A stretch of DNA of 64,000 nucleotides, from positions 41,168 through 105,167 of the forward strand of contig CAVSTD010000011.1 of assembly GCA_963730815.1 (NCBI GenBank), in the 5' to 3' direction. Positions 10,013-19,542 of the stretch are shown here, piece after piece. Both the position numbers and the translations under genes were made by a program. The first letter of the stretch is position 1; each line of letters begins with the position of its first letter. The notes beneath the pieces are model-generated. The model saw nothing but the letters and a program-made list of their open reading frames with translations. It was not told where the DNA came from and did not search any database. The DNA is from an uncultured Thermoplasmata archaeon. GTDB taxonomy: Archaea > Thermoplasmatota > Thermoplasmata > Lutacidiplasmatales > UBA184.

Positions 10013-10438
10013 TCAGGGGGACGAGAGCTCGGCGACAAGAGCCTTTGCGTCGGATTCGGTCAACGCCGGCCGCGCGCTCGCCCGGAACGGATTGGCCTCC
10101 CCATAGCGGGGAATGATGTGGAAGTGAACATGGAAGACCACCTGGCCGGCCCTCGCTCCGGCGTTCAGGGCGAGGTTGTAATCCGGGGCGAGGCGCTCGG
10201 CGCGCCGACACAGCTCATCCAGGGTCCGGATCAGCGCCATTTGGTCGTCCCATGGGAGGTCCGTCAGACGTGCTCCGTGTCGCTTTGGGACCACGAGAAG
10301 ATGGCCCCGTGTGAAAGGGAAGATATCGAGAAAAGCGAGCGTCGAGGCGTCCTCATAGACGACGTACGCGGGCGCCCGACGTTCCACGATATCGCAGAAT
10401 ACGCAGCGCCGACCTCCGTCGCTCGCTGCGCGGGGCAT
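10013..10438 (-). CDS. HIT family (histidine triad) hydrolase
   Basis: 'CVFCDIVERRAPAYVVYEDASTLAFLDIFPFTRGHLLVVPKRH' and 'GQVVFHVHFHIIPR' (HxHxHxx). Confidence 0.8.
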   Translation of the reverse strand: MPRAASDGGRRCVFCDIVERRAPAYVVYEDASTLAFLDIFPFTRGHLLVVPKRHGARLTDLPWDDQMALIRTLDELCRRAERLAPDYNLALNAGARAGQVVFHVHFHIIPRYGEANPFRASARPALTESDAKALVAELSSP

Positions 10439-10487
10439 CGACCGCCGAGATTCCGAGGCGGACTAAAGGATTGCCGGACCCGGTCCG

Positions 10488-12857
10488 ATGACGACCTCAT
10501 TAGGCGAAAGGGCCTGGGTTCGCGGGATGCTCGGGCCGGCGGCGGTGTTCGGCATTTTGCTCTCGATTCTCATGCTGGCAGGCCCGGCAGCGGTGGCCGT
10601 GGCACCGGCCCCGTCGGCGGCTCCGTCGGGATCGGCAGCCACTCTGTTGACGACCGATATACTCCCCCTCCCAACCTCCGCCCCCCAACGGAATCTTCCT
10701 GCCACGACTCTTGTGTCCCTCACGCTGACTCTCGCCAACCCCAGGTCGGGTGAACTCGACCGTTACCTGAACCAGGTCGAGGATCCCGCGTCCTCCTACT
10801 ATCGTCACTTCCTTTCCTACCCGGAGTTTGTCAACGAGTTCGCGCCGCCTGCCGCGACCGTCGTGCAGGTGGAGGCGTCTCTCGAAAGTTCGGGCGCACG
10901 GGACCTCGCGGTCGCGCCCGACCGGTCCTCCATGACCGTCGTCCTCCCAGCGGCCTCCGTCGACCGGCTTTTGGGGGTTCAACTTGTCTCCTATGGGTCG
11001 GACGGCCGAATTCCTCTGTACACCGCCGTGGGAGTGGTCTCACTTCCTCGTTCGTGGGAAGGCCTCGTCACCGGAATCGATGGCTTGTCGGATTCGGCTA
11101 CGGTGGCTCTGGCCCAAGCGTCCCGATCGCTCGACGTTTCACCTCGACCGTGGTCCAGCGATGGCGTCCAGTTCGTTCACGACAACACAAGCGGCGAAGA
11201 CTGGTTCGTGGGCTCGGACTATACGCAAGCGTACGGAGCGACCGCGCTCTTCCCCGGAGGCCACAGCGTCCCGAACGCGACCTACCCGCGTTCCGTCGCG
11301 ATCGCGACCCTCCTCGGGAGCGCCTACAACCTGACCACGCAGACCGATCTGCCCCCCTGGGATCCGGCCGTCCTGCAAGCCTACTTCAACGGGACCCTCG
11401 ACCCGGCCTGGCCGATGCCGAACGTCACCGGCATTCCCGTCGACGTAAACGGTGTCACGCCGCCTCCGCCCGGGTCCTTCGGGTCGCAAAATGACTCGAC
11501 CCTCTACGAGGTGGAGAACTCCCTCGACCTCGAGATGGCCGGGAGTCTCGCTCCGGGGTCGTCGCTCTACAACTTCTACTTCGCAGGCAGTCTTCTCCAG
11601 GGCAGCGCGACGGTCGGTGACGCGGCGAATTACATTGCGGACGACCTCGCCCGGGCCCTCGCCTACAACTACGGACCGGCTCACCTCGCGGTGGTGAGCT
11701 GTTCGTTCGGTCTCCCGGACCTGAATAACTCGGCCTGGAACGCCGAGCTGCTCACAGCCGCGGCGACCGGCGTGACCGTGCTATCCGCGAGTGGTGACCA
11801 AGGCAACGCGCCCGACTCGCTCACCCACCGGGGCGACGGCCAATGGCCGGTCTGGCCGGCCACCGCGGCGTGGAACACCTCCGGCTCCGTTTCGGTCGGG
11901 GGGGTCTCGATCACTCTTTCCGGCTCTCCGAGCGCCTACTTCAACGGGTCCTCGCTCAACCTTTCTTACGATCCCTCGGCAGGGCAGGTCTCGAGCGCGT
12001 CGACGTGGTACGACACGCTGGGCGGTCCGGGGGCTTACGCCGGCTCCGAAGGAGGGGCGAGCACGGTCATCCCGGAACCGTACTGGCAATTCCACTCCGC
12101 CGCGCAACCGGCCATCGTCAACGCGACGCTCGTCCAGGGCGCCTTGACCCTCGGACGGTCGGGACCGGACGTGGCGATGCCCGCGAATTCCACCTTGGTC
12201 ACCGTCTTAGCGAACGCCACCGGGGCGATCTTCTTCTACATCCTCGAAGGAACGAGCATCGCGGCTCCCTTGCTGGCCGGATTGTTGGCCGACGTGGTCG
12301 CCGTCGAGAACAACCGGTCAGTCGGTCCCTGGGCCGGGCTCGGGTACCTCGACCCCGAGATCTATCGGTTCGCGAGCTTTTTCGCGGCCCATCCCGGTCC
12401 AACGGACCCGTTCACCGACGTCACCGTGGGGAGCAACTACGTCTTCTCGGCCGCCGCCGGGTGGGACGCGACGACGGGCTGGGGCGAGGTCAGCGCGCCC
12501 GCGTTCCTCGCCGCCGACCGGAACACGACGCTGCTCAACTACCGGTATAACGGTTCGACGCCGAGCCTCCCGCCCGAGTCTTCCACGGCCGGAGCTCCGG
12601 TTCCGTGGGCGGTCATCTTCGCGATCTTCGGGGTCGGGTTCGTGGTGGCGGTTCTGCTCGTAGTCCTCGTGGCCCGCTCCTCCCGACGCCCGCCCCGGTC
12701 TGCGGTGGTCCCGTGGGGGGCGCAGATGGGCGGACCGATCGGGTCCCCTTCGCTCGGGCCGCCCGGAGCTCTGCCGGGAGCGACCTTCCTCTGCCCGTAC
12801 TGTGGGGCCTTGCGCCCCTCCGACCCGGTCCGATGTCCGCAGTGCGGGGCGTACTAG
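10488..12857 (+). CDS. Secreted S53 (sedolisin/kumamolisin-like) serine peptidase with pro-domain, C-terminal TM helix and cytoplasmic zinc ribbon
   Basis: Signal/TM at the N-terminus; pro-kumamolisin-like activation segment 'YYRHFLSYPEFVNEFAPPAATVVQVEASLESSGARDLAV'; 'LSASGDQGNAPD' and 'EGTSIAAPLLAGLLADV' clan-SB catalytic motifs; C-terminal TM 'WAVIFAIFGVGFVVAVLLVVLVA' followed by 'CPYCGALRPSDPVRCPQCGAY'; many N-x-S/T sequons. Confidence 0.6.
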   Translation: MTTSLGERAWVRGMLGPAAVFGILLSILMLAGPAAVAVAPAPSAAPSGSAATLLTTDILPLPTSAPQRNLPATTLVSLTLTLANPRSGELDRYLNQVEDPASSYYRHFLSYPEFVNEFAPPAATVVQVEASLESSGARDLAVAPDRSSMTVVLPAASVDRLLGVQLVSYGSDGRIPLYTAVGVVSLPRSWEGLVTGIDGLSDSATVALAQASRSLDVSPRPWSSDGVQFVHDNTSGEDWFVGSDYTQAYGATALFPGGHSVPNATYPRSVAIATLLGSAYNLTTQTDLPPWDPAVLQAYFNGTLDPAWPMPNVTGIPVDVNGVTPPPPGSFGSQNDSTLYEVENSLDLEMAGSLAPGSSLYNFYFAGSLLQGSATVGDAANYIADDLARALAYNYGPAHLAVVSCSFGLPDLNNSAWNAELLTAAATGVTVLSASGDQGNAPDSLTHRGDGQWPVWPATAAWNTSGSVSVGGVSITLSGSPSAYFNGSSLNLSYDPSAGQVSSASTWYDTLGGPGAYAGSEGGASTVIPEPYWQFHSAAQPAIVNATLVQGALTLGRSGPDVAMPANSTLVTVLANATGAIFFYILEGTSIAAPLLAGLLADVVAVENNRSVGPWAGLGYLDPEIYRFASFFAAHPGPTDPFTDVTVGSNYVFSAAAGWDATTGWGEVSAPAFLAADRNTTLLNYRYNGSTPSLPPESSTAGAPVPWAVIFAIFGVGFVVAVLLVVLVARSSRRPPRSAVVPWGAQMGGPIGSPSLGPPGALPGATFLCPYCGALRPSDPVRCPQCGAY

Positions 12858-13513
12858 GAAGCGAGCGGCGGCTCGGCCGGGGGGACCTCGTCGGGGGCTG
12901 TCGTTCCCGGGGATCCATCGGAGGGCACCTCGGGCGTGGGCGGCGGTGCGGCGGTTACCTCGTCGGTTCCCGCGCCGCTGGGAGTCGGAATGGACGGTGC
13001 TACGCCGAGCTTCTGCTCGAGGAAGCGTCGGATCTCCTCGGGCCGGGTCGAGGCGATGCCGAAGTACTCGGCGAACCGCCGGGTCGTGACCAATTCGAGG
13101 GTCGAGCCCTTCGGCTCGGTGTGGACGAGCCCGATGCCCCGCAGTCGTTGCACTTCCTCGTAGGTCACGTCTCCGATCATTCGGACAATGTGGCTCTGCA
13201 GGATCGGTTGGTGGTAGGCGATCAGCGTCAAGGTCCGGAGCGTTCGGGGGGTCATCTCGACCGGGGTGACCGAGTGGACGGTCGGTACGTACTTTTCCTG
13301 GAGCTGGAGGGCGTAGCGGTCCCCGACGCGGCGCACTTCGAGCGCCGACTGACGGTTCCCGTACGTCTGCTCGAGCGTGCGGACCGCTCGTTGCACCGGC
13401 CGGTAATCGTCGAGGCCGAGCGCGTCGGCGATCTCCTTCACGGCGAGAGGCTTTCCGCTGGCGAACAGCACCGCTTCGACTTGGAACACAAGGTCATCGA
13501 GCTTCGACGGCAT
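12854..13513 (-). CDS. scpB: Segregation and condensation protein B
   Basis: 'LDDLVFQVEAVLFASGKPLAVKEIADALG...LTLIAYHQPILQSHIVRMIGDVTYEEVQRL' ScpB winged-helix repeats; Pro/Glu-rich tail. Confidence 0.75.
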   Translation of the reverse strand: MPSKLDDLVFQVEAVLFASGKPLAVKEIADALGLDDYRPVQRAVRTLEQTYGNRQSALEVRRVGDRYALQLQEKYVPTVHSVTPVEMTPRTLRTLTLIAYHQPILQSHIVRMIGDVTYEEVQRLRGIGLVHTEPKGSTLELVTTRRFAEYFGIASTRPEEIRRFLEQKLGVAPSIPTPSGAGTDEVTAAPPPTPEVPSDGSPGTTAPDEVPPAEPPLAS

Positions 13514-13522
13514 GGACCCTCC

Positions 13523-14479
13523 TTACGGCTCCTCGACCACGACCTTGCGGGACTCGGCGGTGCGCACGACGAGGACCGGGGACGACCCGAGTACCTCCTG
13601 GCGCAGCTCCACCGACCGCTCGCGGGCGAGGAACAGTAAAGCAAGGAAGATCGCGACCAGGCGGTCGCGTCCGGAAAGCGGGTTCCAGAGGTCGAGGAGG
13701 GGGAACTCTTCCCCGAGGGGGTGGGAGAGGGTCGCGGTCCAGGTGTCTTCGAGGTCCCGTTCGGGGATTTCTCCGTGTACGAGGACCTCGGGCGGTGCGC
13801 GTTGCTCCTCCCGAAGGCGGTCGCGCAGTTCCTCGATACGGAGCGCGCGACGCGCATCCGCCTCGGCCTCACCGAAGGCCCGGACCAGCTCGAGCAGCGA
13901 CACCGGTCGCGTCTCGGGATGGCGGACCATCTCGAGGAGAGGCGGGGGGTCGGTCGACCCGAGGACCGAGCTGGTGACGTCGACCGCTTCGGGGGTGTCC
14001 ATGAGCGGCAGGTAACTTTCGTCGGCTCCGTCCGGGAAATTGGCCCCACCGTCCACGGGGGTGTCGGGCACGGCACGCAGCTTGAGGATCTCCTCCGACT
14101 GCAGATAGAGGATGTTCCAGGCCATGTAGACGAGTCGGCCGGCGATCGCGAAGTTGACCGCTCCGTCCTCGCGAACGCGCTCGAGGTACGACTCGGTGAA
14201 CTTCACCAGGTCGATCTCCCAGGGGTCGAACTCTTCCTCCATCACGAGCTCGAAGAGGAGCGCGATCGCCTTCTGGAACGGGTCGGGGATGACGATATGC
14301 ACGCCTTCTTTCAGGTTCTCGACAAGCGAAAGATAACGCTCGAGCAAGGGGGCGGTGGTCTCGCTCTCGCCGATCAGAGACCGGTGGAACACGAGGTAGC
14401 GGAGCACCTTCTCCGCCGCCTCGCGCGGGACCGTTGCCGAGGGAACCAGCTCGGTGACCTCGGTTTCGGAGATCGTCAA
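13523..14479 (-). CDS. scpA: Segregation and condensation protein A (kleisin)
   Basis: 'IALLFELVMEEEFDPWEIDLVKFTESYLERV' ScpA N-terminal motif; ATGA overlap with the smc stop. Confidence 0.75.
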   Translation of the reverse strand: MTISETEVTELVPSATVPREAAEKVLRYLVFHRSLIGESETTAPLLERYLSLVENLKEGVHIVIPDPFQKAIALLFELVMEEEFDPWEIDLVKFTESYLERVREDGAVNFAIAGRLVYMAWNILYLQSEEILKLRAVPDTPVDGGANFPDGADESYLPLMDTPEAVDVTSSVLGSTDPPPLLEMVRHPETRPVSLLELVRAFGEAEADARRALRIEELRDRLREEQRAPPEVLVHGEIPERDLEDTWTATLSHPLGEEFPLLDLWNPLSGRDRLVAIFLALLFLARERSVELRQEVLGSSPVLVVRTAESRKVVVEEP

Positions 14480-17400
14480 CGGGCCTCCAACGGGGTCACG
14501 GCCTCGGGGGCCCGGGCGTTCTCGCGGCCCTCGACATCATGGATGTCGTCGAGGTCGATGCCGACGACGCGGGAGCAGCCGTCCCCGCGCATCGTCACTC
14601 CCAAGAGATGGTGGCCGAACTTGAGGGTCACTTTGCGCAACGAGATGACGATGAACTGCGCGCGTTCCGCGTTGCGGCGCAGCATCCGTCCGACGAACTC
14701 CGCGTTGAGCCCATCGAGCGACATGTCGACCTCGTCAAAGACGTAGAGCGGGCTCGGGTCGTAGCGCTGCATCGAGAAGATGAACGCGAGGCTCGCGAGC
14801 GATTTCTCCCCGCCGGACAATTGCTCGAGCCGACCGACAGTTTTCCCAATCGGCCGCGCCTTGATGAGAAGGCCCCCGGCGAGCGGGTCCTCTGGGTTCT
14901 CGAGCGAGATCTCTCCTTCGCCGCCGGCCGAGAGCTCCCCGTAGATCTGCTTGAAGTGCGTGCCTACCTGGGCCACGACGTCGGTGATCTTCTCTCGCTT
15001 CTTCTTCTCGATCTCGCCGACGAGCGAGAGGAGCTCCGTCTTCTCGCTGGTGAGTCGCTGGACCTCCAGCTGGAAGTCCTCCGACCGGGATTTCTCCTGG
15101 TCGTACTCCTCGACCGCGCGCAGGTTGACATCGCCCATCGACTGGAGCTGCTGTTCGAGCGCCGAGATCTTCCGCTTCAGTTCCTCGACCGAGACCGGTT
15201 TTTCGTCCGGCTCGGCCTCGGGGAACTGCTTGAGGGCTTCGTCGAGTTCCTTCACCCGGACCTCGGCTTGGGCGAGACGGGTCTCTTCCTGAGTGAGCAT
15301 GCTGTGCCGGGTTTCGAGGTTCGCTTGCGCCTGCGCGAGCTTCGCGGTGACGTCGAGGCGCTCGGAGTCGAGCTTCTTCTTCTTCTCCGTCTGTGCCCGG
15401 GCCGACTCGCTCTGCTTGGACTCGACTCCCTTCAGGGCCTCGAGTGCGGCGCGGGAGTCGCGGAGCGAACGCTCCGTCTCGGCGATCTCCTTCTTCTTCG
15501 CGGAGATGTCCTTCTGCGCTTTCGCCAGCTCTGCGCGACGGGTCTCGAGATTCGTCGAGAGCGCGGCGAGGGAAGCTCGGATCGATTCGAGCTCTCCGTT
15601 GACCTGAACCCGCTCTTCGGCCGTCTTCTGAGCGGTCTGCTGGAGGGACCTAAGGTGAACCGAAACCGCCTCGGGCAGCTGGCTCAGGTATTGCTCCTGG
15701 GCCCTCTGGGTCTGCGTCTTCAGGGCGGCGATCTCGGCGGCGAGTCGGTCGACGGAGGCCTCGGCGGTCGCAAGGGCCGTCTCGACCTTCTTCTGCTCGA
15801 CACGAGCCGCCTCGATCCGAGCCCGGGCGGCGGAGAGCTTCTCCCGCGCGGTCTCGAGGTCCTTGTCGAAGACCTCCCGAGCGGATTGATGCGCCTGGTC
15901 CTGGATGGACCGGGTGGAGAGTTCTTCGGCGACGGCTCGGATCCGCTCGCTCACCTTGGCGAGCTCGGACCGGGATGCGGTCTCGGCAGCGCCCTTCGCC
16001 CGGAGCTCTTCGCCGAGCCGCTTCAATTCGACGGCGGAATCGCTGCCCCGACCCTGGTTGGTAGGGTCGAGATATCCCCCCGAGATCGCGCCGGTCGCCT
16101 CGATAAGGTCCCCGTTGAGGGTGACCAACCGAACTCCGCCCATTTGGGCTCGGGCGCGGCCCAGGTCGTCCATGACGACCGTTTCCCCGAACACGTACCA
16201 GAAGGCGGGTCGAAGGGCTTCGTCGAACTTCACGAGGTCGAGCGCGAAGCCGGCCGCCCCGGGGGCTTTCGATACGACGAGCGACTTTCCGTGCGCGCGG
16301 CCCGGCAACATCTTGTTGAGCGGGAGGAACGTGGCGCGACCGCGCTTCTCCTCCCGAAGGAGCTTGATGCACTCCTCCGCGACCTGGTCGGTCTCGACGA
16401 CGAGGGCCTGGAAGCGGCCCCCGCCGGCGACCTGGAGTGCAGTCTTGAGCTTCGGGTCGAACTCGGCCAGTTCTTCCACGGTGCCGCGGATCCCCGGGAT
16501 CTTGCCGAGGTTGCGTTGAGAGAGAAGATAATCGACGGCGGCGAGGGCCGTAGGCCGTCCGCCCCCGTCGGCCCGAGCCTTCAGACGAGCGTCGAGCGAG
16601 AGGTAGCGGCGGTTGAGCTCGAGAACCTCTTGGGCGAGCCGGTCGCGTTCCGACCCGAGATTCTTCTCCTTCGTCTTGAGGGAGAAGAGCTCCTTTTGGA
16701 GATCACCCGTCGCCGGTCCGGAACCGTTCTTGCCGGGTGATGCCTCCTTGATGCGTAGCTCGAGGTCCTTTACCTCGACCTCACGTTCGCGAAGGTCATC
16801 CTCAGCCTGCGCCTGAGTACGTTCGGCATTGCGCAGAGAAGCGCTCGAGGTCTCCCGCTGTTGGACGGCTTCCGTCCAGGCGTTCTGCTTCGATTCAGTC
16901 TGCCGGGTGAGTTCGAGCTGCTGCTTGCGCGCCGCAGCGAGCTTGTCGTGCGCCTTTCCCGGGGTCCCGGTCGCCGTCTGGATCTCTCGCGCGTTGTCGT
17001 CCGCGGTCTTGGCCAGCGCAGCGAGACGCTCCGCGAGCTTGGATTCCTGGGCCTGAAGGTTCGACTCTTGGGTCTCATCGGCCCGAACCGACTTAGCCAG
17101 CTCGTCCGCCTGGGTCGCGATCGCTTCGAGGCCTTCCCGGAGATGGCCGAGGCTCTGGTCGAGTCGGGCGTAGGCCATCTTCTTCTCGTCGACCTCTTGC
17201 TTGAACTTCACGGCGGCAGTACCGCCCGCCTCGGCGATCTCCCGGTCGATCGCATCGATCGCGGCGGCGAGCTCCGCCTGCCGAGCGCTCAGTTGAGTAC
17301 GCGACTTGTCGAGCTCTTCGAGCTCGGCCCGGACCGTGTCCACTTGCTTTCGGCAGGTGGCGAGCTCGTGCTCGGCCAGGCGGCGGCCGGCCCGCGCGAG

Positions 17401-18103
17401 CCGAGCCTCCGAGCGCTTCTTGTCGTCCTGGAGTTGCTTATACTGGATCGCGAGGAGTCGTTGACCCTCTAGGCCAGAAAGGCGGGATTTGATGTCGGTC
17501 AGCAGAGTCTGGATCCGGTCGAGGTTCGCGTCGAGGTCGGTCCGCTTGGTCGCCGCGCGCTCGAGCTCGTCGTCGGTACTGACTGATCCCGGCCAGCCGT
17601 TCCACGAGGCCACGGCGAGGGATCTGTCCCATGGTGACGATCTTGTTGATGTCCCCCTGCTGGACGAGGTTGTAACCGTCTCCCGAGAGGCGGGCATGGG
17701 AGAGAAGGGAGTCGATCTCCGTCTGGGTCGTCCTCTTGCCGTTGACGTAGAAGTAGGAGTAGTAGCCGTCCGGGTCGCTGGGCGCCAACTTCACGTACCG
17801 GGTGATTTCAACCTCGGCCGTCTCGACCGGAAGCAGCTTGTCGGTGTTGTCGAAGACGAGGGAGACCTCGCACTCCGTCGCGGCCTTCTTCGAGGAGCCT
17901 CCGTTGAAGAAGAGATGCGTCAGCCGTTCCGCGCGCAACGCTTTCGAGCTCGTCGGGCCGAGAACGAACAGGATCGCGTCCGAGATGTTCGACTTGCCCA
18001 TCCCGTTCGGGCCGGCCACGCCGGTGAACCCCGGCTGGAATGGTATCTCGGTCGCCCCGGCGAACGATTTGAAGTTCCTCAGCTTGAGACGTTTCAGGTA
18101 CAT
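14476..18103 (-). pseudogene. smc: Chromosome partition protein SMC, one frameshift near codon 175 (probable sequencing indel)
   Basis: N-terminal ORF (17438..18103) 'MYLKRLKLRNFKSFAGATEIPFQPGFTGVAGPNGMGKSNISDAILFVLG' (Walker A) to '...GLVERLAGIS'; a -1 frame ORF (14476..17697) continues 'TDDELERAATKRTDLDANLDR', long coiled coils, hinge, and C-terminal 'LSGGEKSLASLAFIFSMQRY...YVFDEVDMSLD' (signature motif/Walker B). Confidence 0.85.
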
Positions 18104-18626
18104 CGGGCGCTTCCTCCGATCCTTCGACCCGCGTCCACCGTCGCCGAAATCCGTCCGTTTGTCGGACGGTTGTCAGCAGCGCTCTCCGAGCCGTGTCAGC
18201 CATATTTAATCATTGGGCTGAACGGGTAGGGTCATTCCGTTCGGGAAGGGGTTCGTGGTCGGGCCGGGCCATTGGTCACCTTCCGGACCGGGCTTTTTCC
18301 GCCGACGAAACCCCGCTTACAAGGCGGGTTAGGGTTCGGCCTCGATTCTCTTTGTCTTGCGATCCACGGCATCCAAGACACGACCTTCCTGCTCGGACTC
18401 GGTCTGGTCCGAGGCGCGGCCGGTCTCATTCGCCGTATTCGCCGTATCTTCCCACCGAACCGCGGCTTCGGCCCGTTCCTGATTCGCCGCGTCGAGCCGT
18501 TTCGCCTTGGTGACAACCTTGGGTCAGTCTGGATTCCTGCCTTCGGGATAAGTCTGGTCCTGTGCGAGCCTCGAGGAGGGACCCGAGACGACCCACCGGT
18601 CTCCAGGCCCGAGGTCTCTTTCGCCT

Positions 18627-18947
18627 TTGGACCAATTCCTTAAACCGTCGAACGGACTCTCCGCGGTCGTGGGACTCGTCGAGCTCTTCGTAGCGGTCCT
18701 GGTCACCGGGATTTCGTGCATCAACGCGGGCGTCCCCACCGGGGCCTTCTTCCGCTCACGGGATGGTCGTTTTCTCGCTCTCGCCGGAGCGAACGCGTTG
18801 TTGGCATTGCTCGGCGGCCTCTGGACGTGGGGCGAGCTTCCTCTCAGCCCCCCCTCGTGGGCAGTTCCGAACCTCCCGGTCCTCGCCCTGACCTTACTCG
18901 TTGCCCTACTCCTTCTTGCCACCACCCTGTGGCCCCGACATGTTTGA
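18627..18947 (+). CDS. Small integral membrane protein (3 predicted TM helices)
   Basis: 106 aa with hydrophobic segments 'LSAVVGLVELFVAVLVTGI', 'LALAGANALLALLGGLW', 'LALTLLVALLLLATTLW'; stop 4 nt before the downstream HTH regulator. Confidence 0.4.
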   Translation: MDQFLKPSNGLSAVVGLVELFVAVLVTGISCINAGVPTGAFFRSRDGRFLALAGANALLALLGGLWTWGELPLSPPSWAVPNLPVLALTLLVALLLLATTLWPRHV

Positions 18948-18950
18948 GCG

Positions 18951-19478
18951 ATGGAGGAGGATCCGCTTGCCCTCGCCACGCGGCGCCGAATCTACGACGC
19001 CGTTCGCCGGGCCCCGGGCGTAGGGGCGCGCGAGGTCCAACGGGCCGCCGCGACGGGATGGGGCGAAACTACCTATCACCTTGACCGCCTGACGGAGTCA
19101 GGACTGGTCCATCGAGAACGCAGCACGATCCAGGACCACTACTTCGTCGCCGAAGTCCCACTTGGCGACCGCCGCCTCTTGGGCTTGACCCGTTCTGCTT
19201 CGGCTCGCCTGCTTCTGGTCGCGTTGCTCGACAAGGGCGAAGCGACCGTGCCGGAATTGACCGAGCGGACGAACCTCAGTGAGGGCCGGCTGTCCGTCCA
19301 TCTCCGGCGGTTGATCGAGACGGGAGTTGTGAGGACGGGTCGACGGGGACGATGGCGTACGTTCGACGTGACCGAACGGGACCGAGTGATCCGATTGCTC
19401 GTAACCTACCGAGGCGGGTTCGGTGATCAGTGGATCGAGCGACTCCTCGAAACCTGGTCCGACCTGTTTCGGCCCTGA
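18951..19478 (+). CDS. ArsR/winged-helix family transcriptional regulator (two wHTH-like segments)
   Basis: 'RRRIYDAVRRAPGVGAREVQRAAATGWGETTYHLDRLTESGLVHRERS' plus a second 'TVPELTERTNLSEGRLSVHLRRLIETGVVRT' wHTH-like repeat. Confidence 0.6.
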   Translation: MEEDPLALATRRRIYDAVRRAPGVGAREVQRAAATGWGETTYHLDRLTESGLVHRERSTIQDHYFVAEVPLGDRRLLGLTRSASARLLLVALLDKGEATVPELTERTNLSEGRLSVHLRRLIETGVVRTGRRGRWRTFDVTERDRVIRLLVTYRGGFGDQWIERLLETWSDLFRP

Positions 19479-19542
19479 CCTCGCGTCTTTGGACCAATCG
19501 ATTTCGTCCTTGGACCAAAAAGAGGGTGACGCTCACCGACCC

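Noticed and set aside
18312-18328. Anticodon-arm-like stem-loop ('CCCGC-CTTGTAA-GCGGG', would be tRNA-Thr TGT on the minus strand)
   Set aside because: Flanking sequence gives no D-arm or T-arm (no TTCRANY loop) and no acceptor pairing; not a tRNA.
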